Origin: an uncultured Gemmatimonadales bacterium
GTDB lineage: Bacteria > Gemmatimonadota > Gemmatimonadetes > Gemmatimonadales > GWC2-71-9
Direction of reading: 5' to 3'
DNA length: 64,000 bases
Assembly (NCBI GenBank): GCA_963730185.1
Contig: CAVSQW010000017.1
Span: 1 to 64,000, forward strand
Shown: piece by piece, positions 54,166 through 64,000 of the stretch
Position numbering within the stretch: position 1 is the stretch's first letter
Layout of the letters: every line of letters begins with the position of its first letter
Translations under genes and position numbers: made by a program
Notes under the pieces: model-generated
Seen by the model: the letters and a program-made list of their open reading frames with translations, nothing else
What the model was told of the DNA's origin: nothing
Database searches by the model: none

Positions 54166-55461
54166 TCAGACCACCGTGGGTTCGGGGAGAGGCAGAATGA
54201 AGCGGCCGCCCGCCTCGCGATAGGCCGTTTCCTGGCCAATGATCTCCTCCGCGAAGTTCCAGGCCAGCAACAGCACATAGTCCGGGCGTCGCTCGGCCAG
54301 GGCGCTGGTGGGGAGCACCGGGAGATGCATGCCGGGCGTGTAGAGACCGACCTTGAGCGGGCTCTTGTCGACCGTGTAGGGAATCAGGTCGGTCCCGATC
54401 CGGCAGTAGTTGAGCAGCGTGTTGCCCTTGGCGGGGGCGCCGTAGGCGGCCAGCGTGCGGCCCTCGTCGCGGAGCCGGCCGAGGAGCGCCAGCAGCCGTT
54501 CCCGCGTGGCCCGGACGTCGCGAGCGAACCGGTCGTAGCGCGCCGGATCGGTGAAGCCCTCTTGCCGCTCCCGCTCGGCCAGGGCACGGACGGCCGGCGC
54601 ATGGCTCCGGTAGGCCTCCCGTCGCCCGGCGTAGACCCGGATCGAGCCGCCGTGGACCGGCACCCGGTCGACCCGGGTCACGACCAGGCCGGCCCGTTCG
54701 GCGATGGCGAGGAGCGCCGAGATCGAGAAGTAGCAGAGGTGCTCGTGGTACACCGTGTCGTATTCGAGCCGCTCGAGGAACTCGCCCAGGTAGGGCACTT
54801 CCACGATCACCAGGCCGTCGTCGGCCAGGAGGTCGCGCGCGCCCTGGAGGAACCCGGCGGTGTCGTCGACGTGAGCGAGCACGTTGTTCCCGATCACCGC
54901 CCGGGCGGGCCCGGCATGGGCCCGGACCCGTGCCCCCGCGGCCGCGTCGAAGAAACCAGTCCAGGGTCTCGATCCCGTCCCGGCGGGCGAGGGCCGCGAT
55001 GTTCAGGGCCGGCTCCACCCCGAGGGTGCGGACGCCCGCCGCTCGGAACTGCTTGAGCAGGGTACCGTCGTTGCTGGCCACCTCCACCACCAGGTCGTCC
55101 GGCCCGAGCGACAGCAGCTCGACGACGGTGCGGGCGTAGCCGGCAAAGTGCTCGGCGATCGTCCGGGAGGTGCCGGTGACGTAGATGTAGTCCGCGGAAA
55201 AGCACCGCCGGATCGATGACGTCCAGCAGCTGCACCAGCGAGCAGGTCGGACAGACGTAGAGGTCCATCGGATACGACGCCTCTCGCCGCGAATTGGCTC
55301 GGCTCGCGGAGGAAGGCGTTGGCCAGCGGGGACGGACCGAGCTCCAGGAACCGGTGCAGGGCGGTGCCGCCACATCCGCGGCAGTCCGTGCGTCGGTGGT
55401 GCACCGGTCGGATGGCCGGCGCGGCGTCGGTGTGGCCGGGAGGTGGCGTCGATGGGGTCAT
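54166..55461 (-). CDS. NDP-hexose C-methyltransferase (zinc-binding class I SAM MT), frameshifted
   Basis: [60 protein letters not shown]. Confidence 0.87.
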
Positions 55462-56237
55462 GTGCCGGGGACCTCTTGTTCGACCGGGGTCGACGGGAGC
55501 CGGTGGCCCGGCTTCCAGGCGCCCCGAATCCGGGCGGCGAGCAGGTGATGGAAGAACTCCCAGCAGGTCGCCGCCCTCACGTGAGACAGCCCGGTGCTCC
55601 GCATCCGGGCGAAGACATTGAGCTCGATGACCCGGAGCCCGAGCTCGTGGGCTTTCACCATGATCTCCGGGTCCAGCAGCCAGCCGGTCGAGCCGAGCTG
55701 CATCGCCTCCAGCGCCTCCCGGGAAAAGAGCTTGGGGCTGCCGTTGATGTCGATCGACCCGAGCCGGGGCCAGAGCATCCGGACGAAGAAGTTGTAGAAG
55801 CTGGAGACGACCTTCCGCGCGACACCGTCCATCCGAAATCGCCGCCGGACCTTGCCGAGGGCGCGGCCCTGGGTCGGCCGCACCGCTTCGAAGAGGCGAA
55901 CGACGTCCTCCGCGTCGACCTGGCCGTCGGCGACGATGCTGCCCACCCACGGGGCCGTGCAGGCGCCGAATCCGACCAGAATCCCATGGCCATACCCCTG
56001 GTTCACTGGCACCGTGATCGGGACCACCTCCGGAAACTCCGCGGCCAGGTCCGCGAGCCGGTCACCGGTGGCGTCGGTCGAGCCGTTGTCGACCGCGATC
56101 AGCTCGAGCCGGTGGCCCTTTCCCCGAAAAGCCCTAACCAGGTCGGGAATCGTGTACCCGACCGCGTCCTGCTCGTTGTAGCAGGGCATGACCAACGAGA
56201 GCTCGGGCGCCGAGGCCGTGCCCGCGGGCTGGGTCAT
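55458..56237 (-). CDS. DPM1-like GT2 glycosyltransferase
   Basis: [36 protein letters not shown]. Confidence 0.87.
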   Translation of the reverse strand: MTQPAGTASAPELSLVMPCYNEQDAVGYTIPDLVRAFRGKGHRLELIAVDNGSTDATGDRLADLAAEFPEVVPITVPVNQGYGHGILVGFGACTAPWVGSIVADGQVDAEDVVRLFEAVRPTQGRALGKVRRRFRMDGVARKVVSSFYNFFVRMLWPRLGSIDINGSPKLFSREALEAMQLGSTGWLLDPEIMVKAHELGLRVIELNVFARMRSTGLSHVRAATCWEFFHHLLAARIRGAWKPGHRLPSTPVEQEVPGT

Positions 56238-56461
56238 CTCTCTGGTCTCCCGTGGCGGTTGACGGCGCGCGCCGGCCGGGGCGTGGGCCCCTGCCTGGCG
56301 ATGAGCGAATTCCGCGGAGGTGCGGTGCTGGCCGATCCGGAAGCAAGATCTGTGCATCCGGGCCTCGACCGGAAGCCCGCCGGAGCCTCGTCCCCTGGTC
56401 GGCGCTCGGCTCCGGGCGGGACGCGGTCTGGGTTATGCCGTCGTAAAGTGTTGCCAATACC

Positions 56462-58543
56462 TTACTTAGACTGGTCGTGCGAGAGGGTGGGGACGGTTCC
56501 GGGGGGGTACGGTCCACCCGTCACCCGATAGCTGTCGCCGGTTACGGTCGGGCCGTCCACCGTCCAGACCGTGCGATCGGGATAGGCCGCGACGACCGCC
56601 GCCTCGACCGAGTCGCTCCGGGCCCAGGCATAGATCGGAGCCGGACTGTGAAGGTCGAGCGGGTTCAACATCGCGGCGCCGTGATAGTCGGGGTGCCGGC
56701 GACCCCGTACCAGCACCAGACTGTTGGGGCCGAAACCGTGGGCTCGAGCCACGGCCCCCAGGTCGGGTCGCATGCCGCGGTAGTGATAATACTTGTCGGT
56801 CGCACGCCAGGGTACGAAGGTGACCAGGGCCGAAAGGCTGAGCAGCAAGGCCGCGATGCTGGCCCGGCCTCGGACACCCGGAAGGGCGTCGATCGTAGTG
56901 AGGGCGCTGGCGATCAGAGCGAGGCAGGGGAGGAGGACGAGGAACCAGTACCGGGGACCGAAATCGGGACCGCCGCTGAACCAGTAGAGACTGTGGACGC
57001 CGACGACCCCGGCGATGACCGCCAGCATCAGGCCGTCGGGCCGGCGCCGGCGGAGTACCAAGGTGGCGGCGGCGAGCAGGAGGATCGCCCCCGTGGCCCA
57101 GCCCAGAAGCTCGACGTTGAGGGTGGTGCCGTTCAGGTCGGTATTGACCACGACATCGCGAAAGCCATGGCCGGGGAACGGATCGTTCCCGGGCCAGCCC
57201 AGGCCCCGGTTCGGTCCGAATCCGAGGGCGTTGGTGCCCTTGCCGTAATGGCTATCGGTGTAGGCCATGATCGGGAAGGTACGCCAGCTCCCCGTCATCA
57301 CCTGATTGTAGGGAAAGACCAGCGCGCCGGTCGCGATCGTCCCGATCGCGTAGGCGCCGGCCGGCACGAGCCGGAACCATCCTCGCCCCCGGGCCAGGCA
57401 CCAGAGGCCGAGCAGGGCGCCGAGGATCGCCCCCTCGAGCGGCCGGACCAGGCTCGAGACCCCGGTCGCCATGCCGCCGATCAGCGGCCACGCGAGGGCG
57501 AGTCCTGGTCCGGCCCGGAGCACGCCCAGCGCCGCGACCAGCGCGCAGGTGAACGCGAAGGTGTGGTTCATGTAGCTCATGGCCAGGAACAGGTGCCAGG
57601 GCGACGCGGCCAAGAGCACCGTTCCCAGGCGAGCCGTCCGCCGATCGTACAGATGTTGCAGCACCAGGCTCGCGAGCACCACGTTGAGGCCGGCGAGGAC
57701 CGGATTGACCAGGCCCGGCACGCCCAGTCGAACTCCGACCGCCAGCATGGCCGGCCAGCCCGGTGGCACCGGCGAATACCAGCGGCTCGGCTCGTAGGTC
57801 AGGAGGTCGACGTCGAAGGCCTGTTGCACCGGGGGCGGCACGACGAAGAGGTGCCCCTGCGCGAAGTAGCGGGCGTGGAAGAGGTACGCGACTTCGTCTG
57901 GAACGTGCGGGAATCCCTGGTACGAGAGTCGATTCAGCATCACAGCCACAACCACCACGGCGAGCCCGAGGCCGATCTCGAAGCGGCCGATCCGGGGGAT
58001 CTCACTCGAGGGCTCCCGCTCCCCGGCCGGACCAAAGTGGCGTTCGATCCAGGTCCCCAATCGCTCGATGACGGGGTCGGGGAGGGCGGTCGCCGCCAGC
58101 GCCAGGTTGGCGACCGCGGTCAGCTGCAGGAGCGATGCGACCACCAGCTCGGCGCCGAATGCCACCGGGTTCCGGGCGACCGTGGCCGAGGCCAGCACGG
58201 CGACCGCGGCGACGAGGGCCAGGCGCCCGGGGCTGCCGAGACGCCGGACCGCGGTGAGGGCCGCCCGGATCCTCGGCACCGCGAACCCGGCCACCAGCGC
58301 GATCCAGAGGGCCGTGATCAGGAGAGGGATCGGCGTGGTGTCGAACGTCGCCGAGAGCGGCCGGAGGTGCTGATAGGCCACCCGAGGGCCGGCCTCGATC
58401 AGCGGCAACGCGGCCGCCTGACCGACGATGAGGAGGCCGGCGAACGCGCCGGTTCGCCCGGCTCCGAGACGCCGGAGGCCGGCGGCCACCGCCAGCCCGA
58501 CAACGCCCGCGCTTCCCAGCAGCCACAGGTCGGTAGCGCTCAC
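56462..58543 (-). CDS. GT-C-like integral membrane glycosyltransferase
   Basis: HVPDEVAYLFHARYFAQG, PPGWPAMLA, VRPLEG, FGPRYW; many TMs. Confidence 0.75.
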   Translation of the reverse strand: MSATDLWLLGSAGVVGLAVAAGLRRLGAGRTGAFAGLLIVGQAAALPLIEAGPRVAYQHLRPLSATFDTTPIPLLITALWIALVAGFAVPRIRAALTAVRRLGSPGRLALVAAVAVLASATVARNPVAFGAELVVASLLQLTAVANLALAATALPDPVIERLGTWIERHFGPAGEREPSSEIPRIGRFEIGLGLAVVVVAVMLNRLSYQGFPHVPDEVAYLFHARYFAQGHLFVVPPPVQQAFDVDLLTYEPSRWYSPVPPGWPAMLAVGVRLGVPGLVNPVLAGLNVVLASLVLQHLYDRRTARLGTVLLAASPWHLFLAMSYMNHTFAFTCALVAALGVLRAGPGLALAWPLIGGMATGVSSLVRPLEGAILGALLGLWCLARGRGWFRLVPAGAYAIGTIATGALVFPYNQVMTGSWRTFPIMAYTDSHYGKGTNALGFGPNRGLGWPGNDPFPGHGFRDVVVNTDLNGTTLNVELLGWATGAILLLAAATLVLRRRRPDGLMLAVIAGVVGVHSLYWFSGGPDFGPRYWFLVLLPCLALIASALTTIDALPGVRGRASIAALLLSLSALVTFVPWRATDKYYHYRGMRPDLGAVARAHGFGPNSLVLVRGRRHPDYHGAAMLNPLDLHSPAPIYAWARSDSVEAAVVAAYPDRTVWTVDGPTVTGDSYRVTGGPYPPGTVPTLSHDQSK

Positions 58544-60348
58544 TGGCGCGGCCTGGCGAGAGAGGCTCCCTGGGTCAGCTGGCCGAGGCGGGCCCGGAGA
58601 TCGGCGAGCGTTGGGGCTTCGGTGGCGTCGGTCGAGAGGTTCCGTCGCTGGAGGTAGTCGCTGTTTTCGTACAGTTCCTCATGCCCGCGCCGGTCCACGA
58701 AGTACCAGAACCCGTCGTCGAGGACTCCGAACAACGGGCCCCAGTGCACTGGGAAGCTGGCCGGCTGGCTGGCCTCGCCGGTGACGTGGACCACGATCGG
58801 GTCAGGCAGGCTATCGGCATTGGGCCCGAACCGGGTCAGGAGCGACTGCCCGGGGAAGGGGCCGGCGTCTCCGTTTCCGGTGAACGCGGCGATGGTCGCC
58901 GCCAAGTCACGGAGGCTCACCGGTGTCGTGACGGTGACCCCCCGCGGCAATCCCGACGGGGCCGACAGAATCAAGGGCACCTGCACCGACGGGCGATACA
59001 GGCTGTTCCCGTGCCGCATCAACTCGTGCTCGTAGAACTCCTCGCCATGGTCTGCCGTCACGATCACGAGGGTGTTGGCCAGCGCACCGCGCCGCTCCAG
59101 CTCGGCCAGCAGCCGGCCGACTTCGGCATCGGTTGCGGCGATCGCGGCTTCGTAGGCTCGGAGCTGGTGCTCGACTTGGGCGGAATCCCAGCCGGTCCAC
59201 CGGAGCTGGGCCAGGTCGGGACGGCGGAGCGAGGACGGGACCTTGAGCAGCGAATCGTAGTGAGCCGGCGCTTCGTACGGGTCATGCGCGTCGAAGAAGT
59301 TCAGAAAGACGAAGAAGGGTCGGGGCCCTTTGTGGTCCAGCCAGTGCAGGAACTCCGCCGAGACCCGGGTCCCACTTTTTCGGGCGATGCCGTTCTCCCG
59401 GTGGATCAGCCGAAGCAGCCAGGGGATGCTCGTGAGGCGGGCGCCCAGGGCGCTGGCCCGAACGATCTCGGGGAAGGAGATCGGATAGTCCTCGTAGTGC
59501 TGGAACCCGCGGGCCAGGCCCGACGTCGAGCTGGTGTTGGCCAGGTTGCCGGTGAATCCGGCCGTCACGAAGCCGCGGCTCGTGAGCACCTCGGCCAGCG
59601 TCGGATATTGGTCGGTCATGGGGTGATCCCAACCGCGGGCGACCTCGAAGGCCCAGCGGCCGGTCATGATGCTCTCATGGCTCGGCAAGGTCCAGGGCGC
59701 GGGCGAATAGGCTTCGGCGAACCGGACGCCGCGAGACGCCAGCTGGGTCAAGTTGGGCGAAGTGGGGCGATCGAGCCCATACGCGCTCAGGCTCATGGCC
59801 CGGACGGTGTCCAGGATGATGAGCAGCACGTTGGGTGCCCCGGCACGGGCGGCGGGGAGGGTGGACCGGGCCCTCGCTTCCCGAATCCTCGGGAGCGCCT
59901 CGACGGCAACTCCCGCGATCAGGGTCGCCCCGGTCAAACCGACGGCCAGGCCGCGGACGAGCCGGAGAATCGCGTCCGGCCAGCGGCGGGCGATTCGACC
60001 GGCGACGACGCCGAGGCCGATACCGATTGCCAGCGCCGAGAGGGGGTGGAGGCCGGGGACGTCGAGAGCGACGCTGGTGGCCGGGAGCCAGGCGACCGCC
60101 GCTAAGAAGCCGGGGAACGTCCGCAGGGCCCGGATCCGCGCTCCCAGCAGCCAGGCCACCACGGCGACCGGCGCGATCAGTAGGAGCAAGCTCACCGGCG
60201 CCGTCCACACCACCCGCGGCGCTTGATGGACGTAGCGGTCGAAGAACAGGTAGGCCGCGCCGAGTCCCAGCGCACGGACCAGGCCGCCGCCCACGGCCGA
60301 AGCCAGAGCGACGAACACGGCGTCCCGACCCCGCCACGGGGCGCTCAT
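58540..60348 (-). CDS. Membrane-anchored sulfatase-like (alkaline phosphatase superfamily) protein
   Basis: N-terminal TMs; PNVLLIILDTVRA, PAPWTLPSH, DAHDPY, TADHGEEF, HGNSLY. Confidence 0.87.
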   Translation of the reverse strand: MSAPWRGRDAVFVALASAVGGGLVRALGLGAAYLFFDRYVHQAPRVVWTAPVSLLLLIAPVAVVAWLLGARIRALRTFPGFLAAVAWLPATSVALDVPGLHPLSALAIGIGLGVVAGRIARRWPDAILRLVRGLAVGLTGATLIAGVAVEALPRIREARARSTLPAARAGAPNVLLIILDTVRAMSLSAYGLDRPTSPNLTQLASRGVRFAEAYSPAPWTLPSHESIMTGRWAFEVARGWDHPMTDQYPTLAEVLTSRGFVTAGFTGNLANTSSTSGLARGFQHYEDYPISFPEIVRASALGARLTSIPWLLRLIHRENGIARKSGTRVSAEFLHWLDHKGPRPFFVFLNFFDAHDPYEAPAHYDSLLKVPSSLRRPDLAQLRWTGWDSAQVEHQLRAYEAAIAATDAEVGRLLAELERRGALANTLVIVTADHGEEFYEHELMRHGNSLYRPSVQVPLILSAPSGLPRGVTVTTPVSLRDLAATIAAFTGNGDAGPFPGQSLLTRFGPNADSLPDPIVVHVTGEASQPASFPVHWGPLFGVLDDGFWYFVDRRGHEELYENSDYLQRRNLSTDATEAPTLADLRARLGQLTQGASLARPRQ

Positions 60349-62180
60349 CGGCCGAGCCCTGACCCGGGCTCCCGTTGGTCGAGTCGACTCATGAGCAGGT
60401 GGAGGAGGGCCGCAGGTGCCGTCCCGACGAGGTCCGCAGACTCGCCGGGGTCTCGGTTCAGGTCGTAAAGCTCCATCACCCCGTCACCCCGACGAATCAG
60501 GTGGCGCCCGTTCTCGATCACCGATCGCATGTCGCCTTTGCTAACGGGATACCAGGCCGGTAGGCGGGGGGCAAAGGTCACGCTGCTGAAGAGCGGCTCC
60601 GTGGCGGCGGGCGACCCGGGGTCCCGGAGCGCGGTCATCAACGATGGCCCGGGGAAGGGTGCGCCCCGGATCCCCGCCAGCTCGGCGACCGTGGCCGCGA
60701 TGCTCCGCGTCGAGACCGGCGCGTCGATCGTCACCTGCTGGGGCAAGTGCCCCGATTGCACCATCACCAAGGGAACCGCCAGGCTTTGGATATAGAGGCT
60801 GCTGCCATGCTCCGGGACACCGTGCTCATAAAACTCTTCGCCGTGGTCCGAGGTTACGATTACCACGGTGCGGTCGAGGACACCCCGGGTCCGAAGGGAG
60901 TCGAGCAGCCGGCCCACGCTGGCGTCGAGATAGCGGATCGACGCGTCGTAGGCGGCGATCGCTCTCGCGACCTGCCCGGTGTCGATCGGGGTGCTCGAAT
61001 CGGGGCGGGCCGGGAGGCTCCGGACATAGCTGCCGGGGTTCTCGAACCCGGCCATCGGAACCGGAGGACCGTAGGGGGTATGGGCGTCGTAGAGGTTGAG
61101 GAACGCAAAGAACGGATGACGGCCGACCTGATCGAGCCAGGCCAGAAACGACGCCGAGATCTCGGGGGACCACTTTCGCTCGGCCGGGTCCGGCTCGCCG
61201 CCCCGCAGCGCCTCGGCCCATTTCACGAGGCTCGAAGCCAGGATTGGGCTTCGGAGCACCGCGTCCAGGTTGACAGGGTAATCCTCGAAGTGCACGAAGC
61301 CGCGATCCAGCCCCGAGGTTCGCCCGGCGAACCAGACGTTCCCGACGAATCCAGCCGTCGCGTACCCGGCCGAGCGCAGCACCTCCGCGAGGGTGGGGTA
61401 GGTGTCGTCGAGAGGGTGAAACCAGTCAGCCGACAGCCCGGCCGGATCCTGACCCGTGAAGATCGCGGCGTGGGCGGGCCGAGTCCACGGCGCCGGCGAG
61501 ATCGCACGGGTAAACCGGACGCCACGCCGGGCGAATGCCTCGAGCGCCGGCGTCGTGGGCCGAGCATATCCATAGGCGCTGAGATTGGACGATCGAACGG
61601 CGTCGAGAACGATGAGCAGGACGTTGGGGGCGGTCGGCGCCGCGGCAGCGAGCGTCGCGATCCGCCGGCGTTCCAGCAGTCTTCGACCCAGCGTCCGGGC
61701 GCCGGCGATGACGGCGACGGCCGCGAGCAGCCCGAGGGACACCGCTTGGAGGAGCCGGCGGGACGGGACCGGCACGAACCGCGACAGCTGGAAGCCGAGT
61801 CCCAGGGCGAGCGCTACGCTGGCGGCTGGGTGGAGCGAGTGCACCAGCAAGAGTCCGCTCAGGGCGGAGAGCACGATCGCGGTTCCGATCACCGACCGCC
61901 AGGCCGGTCGGCGACCTCGGAGTCGGGCGCCGAGCCCGACCAGCGCCACCACGCCGACGAAGAAGAGGGCCGTTCCGAGTGGCGTGGTCCAGACTCCTTC
62001 GGGCGACCCGAACGGCGCCTCGCCCAACACCAGTACATGGGCGATTCGGACGCCATATTGGGCGAATCCGGTGACCAGGCCGGCAGCGAGGCCGGTGAGC
62101 AGGGTCGCTTCGGCGTCGACCCGCGGGTTCCGCCGGGTCGGATCCTCGCTCAACTCGCGGCCGCCGCGGCGGTGAGACAC
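60345..62180 (-). CDS. Membrane-anchored sulfatase-like protein, tandem paralog
   Basis: N-terminal TMs; PNVLLIVLDAVRS, PAPWTRPAH, DAHTPY, TSDHGEEF, HGSSLY. Confidence 0.87.
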   Translation of the reverse strand: MSHRRGGRELSEDPTRRNPRVDAEATLLTGLAAGLVTGFAQYGVRIAHVLVLGEAPFGSPEGVWTTPLGTALFFVGVVALVGLGARLRGRRPAWRSVIGTAIVLSALSGLLLVHSLHPAASVALALGLGFQLSRFVPVPSRRLLQAVSLGLLAAVAVIAGARTLGRRLLERRRIATLAAAAPTAPNVLLIVLDAVRSSNLSAYGYARPTTPALEAFARRGVRFTRAISPAPWTRPAHAAIFTGQDPAGLSADWFHPLDDTYPTLAEVLRSAGYATAGFVGNVWFAGRTSGLDRGFVHFEDYPVNLDAVLRSPILASSLVKWAEALRGGEPDPAERKWSPEISASFLAWLDQVGRHPFFAFLNLYDAHTPYGPPVPMAGFENPGSYVRSLPARPDSSTPIDTGQVARAIAAYDASIRYLDASVGRLLDSLRTRGVLDRTVVIVTSDHGEEFYEHGVPEHGSSLYIQSLAVPLVMVQSGHLPQQVTIDAPVSTRSIAATVAELAGIRGAPFPGPSLMTALRDPGSPAATEPLFSSVTFAPRLPAWYPVSKGDMRSVIENGRHLIRRGDGVMELYDLNRDPGESADLVGTAPAALLHLLMSRLDQREPGSGLGR

Positions 62181-62290
62181 CTGAGCCCTCTCCCCTCGCT
62201 GAATGCCAGTCCCGGTTCCATCGCCGGTCCGATCCGATCCGGACCCCAGGCCCGATACGCTAATCGCTGTCGCCGAAGTAAGTTGACCGG

Positions 62291-62306
62291 CGCAGATTCA
62301 GTGCCA
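62291..62306 (-). promoter_or_regulatory. Possible sigma54 promoter for the sulfatase-like operon
   Basis: Minus strand TGGCAC-TGAAT-CTGCG. Confidence 0.5.
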
Positions 62307-62379
62307 ACCAGGGGCCGGCGGAGGGCCTCGGACCGGCCCGATTCTGGCGTGGCCCCGACTCGGGGTGGAAAGGTGACCG

Positions 62380-63501
62380 ATGAATGGGGGGAGCACCAGG
62401 CTGAACATCGCGCTCGTGACGGCTCCAGCCGGCGTCGGCGGCCTGGAGACCGTAGTGGCCGGCCTGGCCCTTGGTCTGGCCCGCCGGGGCAATCGGGTCG
62501 TCCTGCACGCGCTCGTCGAGCCCGCGCCCGCCGCGTTGCCGGCGGTCTTTGACCCCTTGCCGGCCGCGGGGGTTACGGTCGACGTTGTGCGTCTCCCACC
62601 GCGCCGGTATCGGGCTGAGGCAGAGCGGCTCCGGGACGCGTGGGGGCAACAGCGCCCGGCGGTCGTCCACAGCCACGGTTACCACGCCGACTGCGTGGCG
62701 TGGTGGGCCGCTCGGCGGCTGAACCTGCCGCTGGTCTCCACGTCGCACGGGTTCACGGGTGGTGACCTCAAGAATCGCCTGTACGAGCGGATCGACGGTT
62801 GGGTGCTGCGACGCTTCGATCGGGTGGTGGCTGTGTCCCGTCCGCTGGGCGACCGGCTTCTGGCTTCGGGCCTTACCACCGATCGGATGGTGGTGATCCT
62901 GAATGGCCGGGCATCGGCTGGGGAGTCGGCGGACCGAGCCGGCGCGCGGCGTCGACTGGGGCTGCCCGATCGAGGCCGAGTGGCGGGCTGGATTGGACGC
63001 CTGAGCCTCGAGAAGGGGGCTGATGTGCTGATCGATGCCCTGGAGCATCTGCCGTCCGACCTGCATCTGTCGTTCGTGGGTGACGGGCCTCTTCAGGCCC
63101 CGCTCGAGCGTCGGGTGCTCGACCGGGGATGGGAGTCGCGGGTCCATTGGCATGGGCGGATCGAAGGCATCAACCGACTCTTGGCGGCGTTCGACCTCGT
63201 GGTACTGAGCTCCCGCACGGAGGGAACCCCGATGGTGCTGCTCGAAGCGATGGGTGCCGGCGTGCCCGTGGTGGCCACCGCGGTCGGCGGGGTGCCGGAC
63301 GTCGTCTCGCCGGAGGAAGCCCGACTAGTGCCGTCGGAGCGTCCCGACTTGCTGGCGGCCGCGATGGTCGATGTGTTCGAACATCCAGCCGCGGCGGCGC
63401 GGCGCGCGGACGCCGCCCGGGCTCGGGTGGAATCGGAGTTTTCCGAGGCGCGCTGGCTCGACGCGTACGAAGCCCTGTATCGGCGGGCTGCATGTCGCTG
63501 A
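62380..63501 (+). CDS. Glycosyltransferase family 4
   Basis: GGLETVV, VHSHGY, IGRLSLEKG, SRTEGTPMVLLEAM. Confidence 0.9.
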   Translation: MNGGSTRLNIALVTAPAGVGGLETVVAGLALGLARRGNRVVLHALVEPAPAALPAVFDPLPAAGVTVDVVRLPPRRYRAEAERLRDAWGQQRPAVVHSHGYHADCVAWWAARRLNLPLVSTSHGFTGGDLKNRLYERIDGWVLRRFDRVVAVSRPLGDRLLASGLTTDRMVVILNGRASAGESADRAGARRRLGLPDRGRVAGWIGRLSLEKGADVLIDALEHLPSDLHLSFVGDGPLQAPLERRVLDRGWESRVHWHGRIEGINRLLAAFDLVVLSSRTEGTPMVLLEAMGAGVPVVATAVGGVPDVVSPEEARLVPSERPDLLAAAMVDVFEHPAAAARRADAARARVESEFSEARWLDAYEALYRRAACR

Positions 63502-64000
63502 TCGAGCTGGGCTGGGTCCTGTTCCTGCTACCGCCGGCGATGGTGGGCCTGGCCTACGTCGGCTACCCGCTCCTGCTGATGGTGTTGCCCCGATCGCGCC
63601 GGCAAGTGCCCGGTACGGACCCGGCCGAGTGGCCCGAGCTCACCGTCTCGGTTCCGGTCTACAACGAGGCGGGAGCGATCGGAGGGACGCTGGACAACCT
63701 GCTGGCGACGGACTATCCGGCAGACCGCCGTCACATCCTGGTGGTATCGGATGCCTCGACGGACGGCACCGACGAGATCGTGGCGGGGTACCGGGACCGA
63801 GGAGTCCGGCTGGTCCGCCTGCCCGAGCGGAGCGGAAAGACGGCCGCCGAGAACGAAGCCGGGCGGCATCTCGCCGGGCTGATCGTCGTCAACATCGACG
63901 CGACCATCCGGATTCCCGCCTCAGCCCTGAAGAACCTGGTGCGTGCGTTCCAGGACCCGACCGTGGGCGTCGCCTCGGGTCGAGACATCAGCATCGGTGA
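63492..64000 (+). CDS. Glycosyltransferase family 2 (CESA-like), truncated by window end
   Basis: MSLIELGW..YVGYPLLL..VSVPVYNE..DYP..VSDASTDGT..GKTAAEN; no stop before window end. Confidence 0.85.
   Translation, partial: MSLIELGWVLFLLPPAMVGLAYVGYPLLLMVLPRSRRQVPGTDPAEWPELTVSVPVYNEAGAIGGTLDNLLATDYPADRRHILVVSDASTDGTDEIVAGYRDRGVRLVRLPERSGKTAAENEAGRHLAGLIVVNIDATIRIPASALKNLVRAFQDPTVGVASGRDISIG

Noticed and set aside
52403..55375. 990-aa ORF joining C-methyltransferase, RfbF and RfbG parts
   Set aside because: Each gene has its own stop in another frame (54166, 53386); the joining segments are off-frame, so this is an indel artefact.
56342..56357. sigma54-like ATGCAC-AGATC-TTGCT on the minus strand
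   Set aside because: The invariant -24 GG reads TG; kept only as a near-miss.

Overview
This 64 kb window is one continuous, very GC-rich bacterial cell-surface glycan (EPS/capsule/glycoconjugate) locus of about 54 genes, cut at both ends. It carries wecB, a Wzy/O-antigen-ligase-like gene, two Wzx flippases, 6 GT4 and about 9 GT2 glycosyltransferases, six GT-C-like integral membrane proteins, two polysaccharide deacetylases and two sulfotransferases. It also has its own PAPS module (CysN with a degenerate kinase domain, a CysQ-CysC fusion, CysD), a CDP-sugar/C-methyltransferase pathway, several FAD/NAD oxidoreductases, two membrane-anchored sulfatase-like proteins and a GH30-like secreted protein. 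Three points stand out. (1) Repeated cassettes pair a polyprenyl-phosphate GT2 with a GT-C protein and sugar-modifying enzymes, suggesting a modular extracytoplasmic glycan-decoration system on a sulfated polymer. (2) sigma54 -24/-12 motifs occur in most intergenic gaps, together with a recurring palindrome TGT(G/T)GCG-N4-CGC(A/C)AC. (3) Several small or odd genes are present: a tandem holin-like membrane pair, a 47-aa peptide missed by the ORF track and an (alpha/alpha)-barrel protein. Many genes have single-base frameshifts clustered in patches, most likely long-read assembly errors. No rRNA, tRNA, CRISPR array or mobile element was seen. All calls come from reading motifs by eye; no database searches were run, and starts of frameshifted genes are approximate.
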